DNA of 64,000 bases from Psilocybe cubensis (lineage: Eukaryota), in the NCBI GenBank assembly GCA_017499595.2, contig CM039010.1:868001-932000 (forward strand). The letters are read 5' to 3'. The translations under genes were made by a program, and so were the position numbers. The notes under the pieces are model-generated. The model was not told the origin of the DNA and did no database searches. It saw only the letters and a program-made list of their open reading frames with translations. The first letter of the stretch is position 1, and every line of letters begins with the position of its first letter. This document shows, in pieces, positions 12,883 to 22,513 of this stretch.

Positions 12883-14034
12883 TGGAGGCGTCGGATCGGA
12901 CTGCGCACGAAGGGATGGTGGTGGAAGCTTCTTGAGTCTGCGCTACACAATGTGCGGGAGTCTATCTACATGGTCACGTGACTAACGACCGAATCCCCTA
13001 GTACATGTTCCCCCGTCCCACAAAAGCAACGTCCGCGTTGCAACAAAAACACAACCCAAAATAAAAAAATGAAAATATACTAACTAGAAATCCCCTTCAA
13101 ACGAGCCTTGACTCGGCGTATGAAGCCTCGAAATCGTGTGGCTGATTTTCCAAAAGACGGAAGACAGAAAGAGCGAACCGGCTTGTAGCTTTGCGAGTGC
13201 AACAAGGGTTTGTCTGAATGCGATTCGGGAACTCGAATTTGTGTGGTAGATAAAACTGTAGTCGAGGTGGGTCTGCTTGGTGGCTGAGAATAGGGAATAC
13301 GGGTGGCTGTCACCAAACCAGATGAGAAGTGCTCGGAAATTGGTGATGGACTGTGGCAACGTTGGAATCGGCGATGAATGGAGCTGAACGGATTGGGAGT
13401 GATTCGGAGGGGTGAATATGGATAGGATTGACCGCCCGTAATAAGAAAGGAGGATCCAATGAACATGGGGTGAGTGGTAGGGCATGCCTCCCTGGCCCAC
13501 CTATTTTTCGGCTTTTTGCTGGCAGATGGAAACTGAGGGGTGGCGGTCTCAGGTAGGAAAGGTGGCGGAAGTGTGGAAGTGAGGGTGGGCGAAACCAAAG
13601 GGCCCGATATACCAGTCAGAGACGCGGGCCCCATGGGTGAAAATTTTTTGAGGGGTCCTAGGACCAGGATCTTGTGATGGTAAGGATACGAAGATGAAGG
13701 GACAGACTGTAGCATTCCAGAACCATATATTCCTGCAGCTCAGTAACCTGTAACCCTCTAACCCGTTTACTGAAACTGAATGCCGAAAACTGTAGACTGA
13801 AAACTGAATGCTGAAAACTGAAACTGAAGACGGAAGGCTGAAGGCGGTACACGGATAGTGCGGCTGGTCTGATACGGCAAGGTCGTGTCGAATTGCTCTG
13901 TTGTCACCATATGGAGGCGTCGGATCGGACTGCGCACGAAGGGATGGTGGTGGAAGCTTCTTGAGTCTGCGCTACACAATGTGCGGGAGTCTATCTACAT
14001 GGTCACGTGACTAACGACCGAATCCCCTAGTACA
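12883..14034 (-). mobile_element. Non-autonomous miniature LTR retroelement (TRIM-like), 1152 bp
   Basis: Two identical 123-bp LTRs (12883-13005, 13912-14034) with TG...CA ends, and a 4-bp TSD CCAC (12879-12882 and 14035-14038). On the minus strand, a PBS TGGTGACAACAGAGCAATTCGA (13909-13888) lies 2 nt from the 5' LTR and a purine-rich GGGACGGGGGAACA abuts the 3' LTR. No gag/pol motifs recognised. Confidence 0.9.
13080..13715 (-). CDS. Hypothetical Pro/Ser-rich ORF inside the LTR element (first ATG ~13634)
   Basis: Open frame of 211 codons in the element's sense orientation, with a basic C-terminus (RFRGFIRRVKARLKG); no recognised domain. Confidence 0.35.
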   Translation of the reverse strand: MLQSVPSSSYPYHHKILVLGPLKKFSPMGPASLTGISGPLVSPTLTSTLPPPFLPETATPQFPSASKKPKNRWAREACPTTHPMFIGSSFLITGGQSYPYSPLRITPNPFSSIHRRFQRCHSPSPISEHFSSGLVTATRIPYSQPPSRPTSTTVLSTTQIRVPESHSDKPLLHSQSYKPVRSFCLPSFGKSATRFRGFIRRVKARLKGISS

Positions 14035-15508
14035 CCACTTTCCACTTGCCACTTTCCGCACGCTTTGAAATCATTTTTTATGTTATCGCAAAAGTATATC
14101 TTCACCCTCCTCGTCGTCATCATCGTCAACATCATCATTTTGGACATACACACATCCTTTTTGCCTTGCTTTGCTTTACATTGGTCCTTGGTCCTCGGTC
14201 CAGTCTCATGCACACATTTCTTATAAGTTACACGCATCACAATTCATATACATCATCGACGCATTTGAAGTACATACATACATGTTACATACATCAGTTA
14301 CTTACGCAGTATGGATGTTTAATTCATTTTCATCCAGGCTGTTGGAAATTCTGACCGGGTAAAATTTGAAAGGTCTGAATCTGGAGTCGAGACGATGTGA
14401 GTTTTGTTACTGTATTAATACATGTGGATCCTCGCTCGCTGGGCAGACGGTCCAGGGATTAAGTGAAATATGCCATCTGGCCACATGGGAGTGTGTTGAG
14501 CTAGTAGTTGCGGGAGGATACCCGAGCTACATACACCTCGGAAAATCACCACCTAAGATCTATAGCGCACACACTGTATAACTTGCGTATCTATGCGCCT
14601 GACGGCTCGCCTTACCTCGAGCCTTGGCTTCCCTTCATTATACTTCGACGACAGCATTTTTTTTTTGTATGTATCGACTTTCCGTGTCTCCCTCTGCTTC
14701 TGCTTCTGCGTCTGTTCTCAGTGGTCAGTGGTCAGTGATAATTAAAGTAGAGACCGCACGAACGACGAGTGACGAGTAAGTGACGAGATTGTACAGGACT
14801 ATAGTACAGCACAGGTGCGCTGGGCTGCGCAGGACTGCACTGGACGGGATGGGATGTGCTAGCTGCTTCGACACGCCACGTCGGATGGGTAACATGGCCT
14901 GACACCACGTACCACGTACCACGTACCACGTAGCTTTCAGCTTGCTAGCTTGCCAGCACAGCACAGATACGGACGGCGGACGGCGGATGGCGGATGGCGG
15001 ACGGCAGCACCACGATTCAGACTAGCCGAATCGCCAGTAAGTCTCACTCTTACTCTCTTCAACGCGGAATTTTTTTTTTCCATACGCAAATCCATACGCA
15101 TATGCGTATGCGTATGCGTATTTTTTCGTTCTTTTCATTTCTTTTGATTTTGATTTTATCTTTTTCCAATTTGAATGTGTTACCCTTTACCCGTCCATTT
15201 ACGTTTCTGCTCCCCAAAAAATCCATTCAAAACCACCAAAACACAAACACCAAGATAGAAAAAAAAAAAAGAAAGTCAGCTACGCTTTTCTCCAAATAAG
15301 AAAAAAAAAGACCGGGGTTGGTCGAAGACTCACAGATTCATGTACATACATACACCCCTCCCCTCCACTCCACTCCACTCCCATTTTTGACATAACATAA
15401 CATAACATAGAAAACCCCGAATCCCCATTCCGACTCCCCTTCCCGAATCCCCATCCCCATCCCACAGCACACCCCCATCCACACCCACAAACCACACCCC
15501 CAAAACAA

Positions 15509-17082
15509 CTATGACTTGCCGCCCTTCTTCTTCGCAGCGGCCTTGGCCTCCTTCTCCTTCTTGGCCTTTTCCTTGGCGGCGTCTTCGATGGCGATCTGGT
15601 GCGCCTTTTCGTTTAGGCCTAGGCGGTTGCGTGCGATCTGGGTGGGTGGGGATGGGATGGGAGGTAGATGGACGGGGGTGCGGAGGTAAGTAGAAGTGGA
15701 AGGTGGGTGGGCGACGCAAAATAGGATAGAAGATAGAATATGGAAAGGGTGTAAGAGGGTGAGGGTGGGAGGGACGGAGGGTGAGGAGAGCGTTCGTTAG
15801 CCTCGCGTATAACAAAACTGATAACCTACACGACGTACCTCATACGCGTAGAACTATTCGAAAAAAAAATCGAATGTTAAACCCAATTCATATCCTACCC
15901 AATCATTCACTCAAATAAAACGCGTACCTGTATCCGGGTAACTGAAATACCAAAAAAAAAAAAGAAAAAGAAAAACAGAGAAACGCGTGAGCAGAATGAT
16001 TCACACTACTCTTTGATGATAATGGAAAGGAAAAGAAAGGAAAAGGGAGGGAAAGATAGATGATAGATGATAGACAAGACATACCGAAGATGGTGTTGGA
16101 CTCGCCGTATTCGTCGCGCGCGTCGGTGCGAATGAGCGAGCCGAAGTTGTAGTCTTTGACTTTGTCCTTGTAGCTGTGGGAAGGGAAGAAGCGGGATCGA
16201 GCAAGTGTGAGTTGAGATTAGATGGTTTGGTCAATGGGATGATAGAGAGTGGGTTGATAAGATTGCGGAGGAAGAAACCTCGAGAGCGATTTGTATACAT
16301 ATTGCCATTGCAGACAGATCAACGGCCGACCATCGCCCACCAAAAAAATCGGGTGTACAAAGGGGGGGTGGGGGGAGAACAGAGCGCGAATTAGACTGGA
16401 ATGACGAACCTCTCGATGAAAGTACGCCAGCGGTTCTTCCCGTCCTTGCTCTTCATCCAGTCTTCGTCGATCTTGACGAGCTTTTCGTATGGCTCCTGGT
16501 TGAGCTCGGGGAACGTAGCCATCAGATGGTCGAAGATCTCGTCATCGTATCTGCACACAAACCATAAGTCTGCCTGTCGAGTCGGGAGGGGAAAGTGGCA
16601 CGAGATGCGAAGAAACTGACTTGGTGAGCTTGAGATCCTTAGGGTTGACTTTTTCGAGGAGGTTCCAGTACGTCTGTTATCAATAAGTATCGTTTGGGAT
16701 AGAGAGAGGAGCGGCGTGTGAGATGAGATGGGTTGGGGTAAGAGAGTGGACGAGCGCCACGTACCTGAGCCTGTTCGACAGCTTTCACAGCGAATCTGCA
16801 GGTGCGCGACGACAGCGACGACGACGAGGGCGCAAAACGAAACGGCGTAAACGAACACGCAGGGTATATGTACGACAAAAACGAAACGATGCGTTCGGGG
16901 GAACACAACTCACTGTTTCTCGATCTGCAACAGAACAGATCAGGACACGTATTCAATCAGAAACAGAAACACGCGCGATTGGACTCCAAGAAAGAAACGG
17001 AATCAATCGCGAAATAAAGGAGAGAGAGCTGACGGACCTCCATGAGATTCTGGGCATTGTTAGGGTCGAATTTGCCAGCCAT
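15509..17082 (-). CDS. PBDC1: PBDC1/YPL225W-family (DUF757) protein, 9 exons
   Basis: Spliced product: MAGKFDPNNAQNLMEIEKQFAVKAVEQAQTYWNLLEKVNPKDLKLTKYDDEIFDHLMATFPE...WRTFIESYKDKVKDYNFGSLIRTDARDEYGESNTIFVTRIQFYAYEIARNRLGLN. It carries the family motifs IEKQFAVKA, DYNFGxL and RIQFYAxEIARNRxGLN. Confidence 0.92.
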
Positions 17083-17332
17083 GGTGCCCGTCGTTGGTTG
17101 TCGGTGTGGTTCAAGTGAGAGGAGAGGCGTTGGGTCAAATTGATGATGATGTGGCAGTTTTCTGAGAGTTGTCGGGGATGCTCCGGGGGCTTATACTTAG
17201 CCTAGTGATACGCCTTTGGAACAAGGTCGACTACAATTTCACACTCATCAATCTGTCGCCATGTGACCTTTTTGCCCACTGTGGGAGTTCATCCTGACCA
17301 TCTTTCGAGGTTAGGGTTCCGCTATGGTTATC

Positions 17333-17930
17333 CTAAGATTGGGCTCATCAGAAACCAGCACCCTTACGTAATCAATGGGCTTGGCGCCAAGAGCGGCCAA
17401 AATCCAGCTCGAAAAAAAAATCAAAAGTTATGTTGACGGAAAATGGTTTCAGACAAAAAGTTTAAAAAAAAAAAATTCATAAATGTGCATATACAATCCT
17501 TACTACTAGCCTTTATGCCCACAATAATAGAATTACACCTCAGAGGTCAAATTGTAGTCTCTGGAAGTCCATAATGAGTCTGAGAGGTATTACTTAGGCG
17601 TGACTTATTGTCACGTGTGGTCACGTGTACCATTATATAAGCGGCCAAAAGAACATTGTCAAATTTTCGAAAATCTCCCAAACTCGAGAAAACACCATTT
17701 CTGACGTGTTAGACTAAAAAAAAAGGAAAAAAATTAAAATCTTTATAACTTCTTGAGATCAAAATTTTTTTGAAAAAAAAAACCACAGATGTGTTCAAAG
17801 AAGCATAACCTACATATCTGTGGTTCAAAAATGTAGAATAGTGTGAGTGCAGAAGGGTTGAAAAGGTTCGGAGGTAAGCCAACTTTTGCTTACCTAAGGG
17901 GGTGCTGGTTCCTGATGAGCCCAATCTTAG
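17333..17930. mobile_element. MITE-like element, ~600 bp, with ~38-bp terminal inverted repeats
   Basis: Left end CTAAGATTGGGCTCATCAGAAACCAGCACCC; reverse complement of right end CTAAGATTGGGCTCATCAGGAACCAGCACCC. AT-rich non-coding interior; TA at 17334-17335 and 17928-17929 could be a Tc1/mariner-type TSD. Confidence 0.8.
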
Positions 17931-19089
17931 TCATTCCATCTTGAAGAGAACCGAACGACCTGCGCAGCGACCCTGCTGGGAATCAGCCATTTTATACCGC
18001 ATGCATGGAGACAGGGCGTGCATATCGGAAAGATGACAAAAAAGATCGCGAGAGATAACGATTCACGGTGAGCGGGCAGGCCTTTCGTCATCGCGGAGGG
18101 CGGCACATCAGCGACAGCCTCAGTTCGTCGTTGCGGATGGATGGGTTCAAGATAGCTCAGAAGAAAGTAAGGATTTTCACTCTTCGGGTGTATGTTCGGA
18201 GCTGATAAGATATTTCTCTAGTTTCCGATCGCACGAGATAGGGGTTATACGTCGAGGTCCACCTCGTTGTGATCAGAAAAACCGCTTCTACGTCGAAAAA
18301 GTAAAGTGCACTCCTCCATATGAGGAGGTATTGGACCCGAGCCATATCCGTATGAAATGTTTCACTAGAACTTCGCAGACGCCACTCGCAAACCTCTGAT
18401 GCTGTGAAATGACTCACGCCGCCCTGAATTGAGAGAAAACACTCACCCCTTGGCTGCCTCGAGGTTGGATCAGGGTAGTCGAGTGATGTCTACTTGACGA
18501 TTGCACCCAATGACTCATAGAAAGAGATCCTGGAGCTTGCGTTTTCTCACAACAAAACGAACGGGTTTCGTCCAAAATGGCCATCGATACGCCCAAGGGT
18601 AAGGTAGCCTAGGCAAGAAGCCTGTTATTCGTGTCAAGAAGTTTTCCTCAACGATACCGGAGCGAGAGATGCAAGCAGTCCAACGCCAGCCTGACCATCG
18701 ACGACGACCTCCCTTTTCACACTGGGATCCAATCAAAACACCGTAAAGCCTCCAAATTTCCGAGGTAATGGTAAGGGAGGAGGAAGAGTCTCGGGCCATC
18801 ACAGAATTTTCAAGAAGGCATTCTAATTCCACCTATACGTGTCGCCGCCCATCGACAACGAGGCACTATCACCTTCCCGTGAGTACCATCTAACCCCCTT
18901 TAATCCATGACGACAACGAAGAACAGGGCACTCCTCTTATCAACCTGTCGCTGATTGCTATCGATCCGTAGAAGCCTCGGTCACACCCACTCCTCTGATA
19001 GTTTTTCCTGAGCACGTCCTGCCTTGAAATCCAAATCTGGAAATTAGTTGCAAGTTCATGGGTGCCATGATGTTGATATGTCGCGAATA

Positions 19090-20048
19090 ATTCGGGGGCC
19101 GGATGTGCCGTTCTTACTCATCTACAACACACAAGTCGAGTGGCACCTTGGGACAACTTGGGAAGAACCAGCACATGCCCCAGGTATAAAGCCCCGTCCA
19201 GCTGGCGTTCATTCTCCACAAACCCCCAAAGCCTGCTATGCGATGAAGACTACATCGCGTCCTTAGAGGACGCTGATTCAATCCTCATCGACATGGCAGC
19301 AGGCCGCAAACAAAGGTGCGTCGTTGTGCCGCTCGTTGTGGCACTCGTACTAACATGCTCTCCACATACACAGGCCTTTACGATCGCTCACCGACGATCG
19401 TACTATCGGCATCGCGCAGCCAAACGGCAGCGCGGTGTCGATAAAGGTCTCCGTCGCTTCGGCGACGTGAGGCACTGCCATCGAGCATACACGCTCGGTG
19501 GCAAAGCTCGATCGACGGCATGGAGCCGTCGACGAGGTCAGTGGTCTCTACGACCACTTTGGCCGGCGCGGCACAACTGCCCGCTGGTCCACTAAGCACC
19601 AAGTGAGTACTTCTTGTCATCGATGGCTTTTCGTGGCTAACTTTCTTCCGCGTCGTGTTCAGACATCGATGAAGTCTATGGCTAACCGTGTGCCTCAAGA
19701 TGTAAGTCCTTGATTTCTATCGTACCACCACTATACTCACTGTATGCCGCCACATCGCTAGGTTCCACAACTATCAAATGAAGACATTATGCGTGCGTCA
19801 AGGTATGTTTCCGTCTTCATCGATGTTCCCGAGATTTTATCTGACCTACCTTCGTTTTATAGATTTCTTTTACTGTGTGCCTCAAATACACGACTGCGAT
19901 GAGATATGTATGGCCCCACGTTGAAGGGGCCATCGACTACTTTGGCCGGCTGTAGTAGAAATAACAGCCGGCCCATTAAGTTTTTGTGAGTATCCCTCCT
20001 TTCCGATATCGTCGACAGCGCTAATCGATAACACTTCCATTCAGATAA
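19090..20048 (+). pseudogene. Multi-exon gene remnant of unknown family, directly upstream of the structured-RNA array (may extend 5' to ~18770)
   Basis: Five GT-AG introns (19316-19373, 19603-19662, 19702-19761, 19803-19862, 19986-20044) join in one frame, broken by in-frame TGA at 19468 and 19900, and ending in TAA at 20046. Confidence 0.6.
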
Positions 20049-20259
20049 TTATCTACTATGCTCGAACGACGCTCTAAAATACCACAGTACGTGAACTGCA
20101 AAATATCCCCACATCCCCACATCATCGATGATTGAACCCTTCTCTAACGAGAAGCAGGTATACAACATCGATTCCCTCCCCCTCCCCCCTCTCCCCCAAA
20201 AAATATACTACTCATCCATTGCCCCCCCATTCCCCAAATCGCCCCTACCCCCTTCTACC

Positions 20260-20482
20260 GTTCCCCAGTCAAGCCTGCCGGGTAGGGCAGGACTTGGCTG
20301 GCAAGGGAGCTCGAGCGGTAATGGCCAGGCCTCTCGCGTTGCCAAGCGCGATTGTAGGCCGGCACTGTTGTTCTCGCAAGAGAACAACAATGGAGTCTCT
20401 GATGGAGACTCACACATCGCTGGATAACAGCGATCACAACCTCTTCGATCCGTGCTCCGAAAGGAGCCCGGTTCAAGTGGGA
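20260..20482 (+). ncRNA. Multi-hairpin structured RNA domain, copy 1 (copies at ~20999-21220 and ~21725-21948)
   Basis: Six consecutive stems, including tgttgttctc-GCAA-gagaacaaca and gctcc-GAAA-ggagc (GNRA tetraloops). G-U pairs form on the + strand and many inter-copy changes preserve pairing. Confidence 0.65.
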
Positions 20483-20491
20483 TTTTTTTTT

Positions 20492-20603
20492 CCGAGGAGA
20501 GGGTGGCTCCCGAGTTGGGAGCCATCCTTGTGCAGCCTTGTCGTGGCTCCTCGGCTTAGGTTGCATCCATCGAAATCGATGGGTGCGACTGACCAATAGC
20601 ACA
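20492..20603 (+). ncRNA. HDV-like (CPEB3-type) self-cleaving ribozyme candidate, copy 1
   Basis: P1 CCGAGGA(20492-98)/TCCTCGG(20548-54); J1/2 hairpin; P2 TGTGCA/T-a-GCACA; P3 GCC/GGC; L3 TTGTCGT; single P1.1 pair G20540-C20555; P4 stem-loop; J4/2 C-C-A-A (20593-96). Confidence 0.7.
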
Positions 20604-21228
20604 TAAAATGATAAGGTCAGTTAATCTCTTGGCCGGCTAGACCAATAGTCACAGCCGGCCTACTACAACCTTGGTGAGTAATACTTGTCGTTCATGGTTT
20701 TACATGCAGTGCTGACCAGCCATCTTTATACGCAGAATGTTATGTGCTATGCTCGAAACACAATGCAATATGCAAATGTACGCGTCAATCATATGTTTCA
20801 ATGATTCGTCTATTGACTCTTCGTTTACAGAAAAAAATAATATGCAAAATATCCCCATATCCCCCCTTCTACTCGATAGTTGAACCCTTCTCTAACGAGA
20901 AGCCGGTATACAACATCGAGTTCCTTCCCCCACCCCCAAAAAATATACTACCCATCCATTTTCCCCCATTCCCCAAATCGCCCCTACCCCATACTACCGT
21001 TCCCCAGTTAAGCCTGCCGGGTAGGGCAGGACTTGGCTGGCAAGGGAGCTCGAGCGGTAATGGCCAGGCGTCTCGCGTTGCAAAGCGCGATCGAAGGCCG
21101 GCACTGTTTTTCTCGCAAGAGAACGACAATGGAGTCTCTGATGGAGACTCACCTATCGCTGGACAACAGCGATCACAACCTCTTCGATCCGTGCTCCGAA
21201 AGGAACACGGTCAAGAGGGATTTTTTTT

Positions 21229-21340
21229 CCGAGGAGAGGGTGGCTCCCGAGTTGGGAGCCATCCTTGTGCAGCCTTGTCGTGGCTCCTCGGCTTAGGCCG
21301 CACCTATCTAAATCGATGGGCGCGACTGACCAATAGCACA
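21229..21340 (+). ncRNA. HDV-like ribozyme candidate, copy 2
   Basis: Core identical to copy 1; substitutions confined to P4. Confidence 0.7.
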
Positions 21341-21956
21341 TAAAATGAACAGGTCAGTTAATCTCTTGGCCGGCTAGAGCAACAGACTCGGCCGGCCTTC
21401 AACAACCTTGGTGAGCATTCATTGTTTGGTCATGATTTTACGTGCAACACTGACTAGCGTCTTTATACACAGAATTTTATGTGCTATGCTCGAAACACAA
21501 TGCAATATGCAAATGTATGTGTCGATATGTGATTTAATGATTTGTCTATTGACTCTTCGTCTACAGAATAAATACTATGAAAAATATTCCCACATCGATT
21601 GCTGAACCCTTCTCTAACGAGAAGCCGGTATACAACATCGAGTCCCCTCCCCCCCCTCTCCCCCAAAAAATATACTACCCATCCATTGCCCCCCATTCCC
21701 ATAATCGCCCCTACCCATTCTACCGTTCCCTAGTCAAGCCTGCCGGGTAGGGCAGGACTTGGCTGGCAAGGGAGCTCGAGCGGTAATGGCCAGGCCTCTC
21801 GCGTTGCAAAGCGCGATCGTAGGCCGGCACTGTTGTTCTTGCAAGAGAACGACAATGGAGTCTCCGAAGGAGACTCACCCAATCGCTGGATAACGGCGAT
21901 CACAACCTCTTCGATCTGTGCTCATTTGGGAGCGCGGTTCAAGAGGGATTTTTTTT

Positions 21957-22068
21957 CCGAGGAGAGGGTGGCTCCCGAGTTGGGAGCCATCCTTGTGCAG
22001 CCTTGTCGTGGCTCCTCGGCTTAGGTCGCATCAATCGAATTCGGTCGATGTGATTGACCAATAGCACA
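21957..22068 (+). ncRNA. HDV-like ribozyme candidate, copy 3
   Basis: Core identical to copy 1; P4 diverged with mostly pairing-preserving changes; repeat homology ends at the P2 3' strand. Confidence 0.7.
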
Positions 22069-22513
22069 AAAACAAATTCATTTGTTCTTCGTTGGTCGCT
22101 CGGTATTGACAGCGTGGTGAGGCTCATATTTACCTTGTTTTACTCTCTGCTAATAATGCCTTCCTTTGTGGTCTCCTATTGTAGATATTCGTTATTAATC
22201 TTGACAGGTAAGCACTTTTTTGGTACCTCTTAGTTACTTAAATGTGTTACCGATGATGATAATGAATTAATACCATTCTTGTCACTTGAACCGTGAACTT
22301 TTGATATATGAATAATCAACTCGTAACGGTCGAGAGTCGGAGACCCGTGTTGGGATCCATTTTTGTTCGCAGTCTCGTTTTGTCGGTAACACGATCTTTG
22401 TGATACGCTTTCGAATCGTCATTTACGAATTACAACTTCAACAAGTCTCTATAACTTGATGTAATCAGCAACATTTACTGATTGCACATCTTTGACAATA
22501 ATATTGGACCACT

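Larger units (their letters stand above)
5990..16400. repeat. Microsatellite/low-complexity-saturated region
   Basis: Dense short tandem repeats of 1-8 nt units, e.g. (cacaat)n ~7330, (CT)n ~10487-10533, (cccaga)n ~10750, (gtaccac)n ~14910, plus T, A and C homopolymers. Confidence 0.9.
19935..22068 (+). repeat. Three tandem ~730-bp units (last intron/exon + structured RNA + ribozyme-like motif)
   Basis: Equivalent positions at 20492, 21229 and 21957 give periods of 737 and 728 bp. Each unit has a GGCCGGCT...GCCGGCC hairpin, a GTGAG...CAG intron, a C-rich tract and a GC-rich structured block. Confidence 0.95.

Noticed and set aside
17912-17922. CTGATGAGCCC hammerhead-like core
   Set aside because: Part of the MITE terminal inverted repeat; no GGGC-GAAA partner downstream
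20130-20150. GAACCCTTCTCTAAC as a telomerase RNA template
   Set aside because: Does not match the ~1.5-repeat CTAACCCTAA template expected for TTAGGG telomeres
20315-20325. GCGGTAATGGC, similar to the fungal SRP RNA Alu motif GCTGTAATGGC
   Set aside because: No SRP helix 8 motif and no long rod-like helix 5 downstream
20128-22127. ORFs of 60-199 aa within the tandem units
   Set aside because: Frames are not preserved between copies (indels in homopolymers), and substitutions track RNA pairing rather than codons
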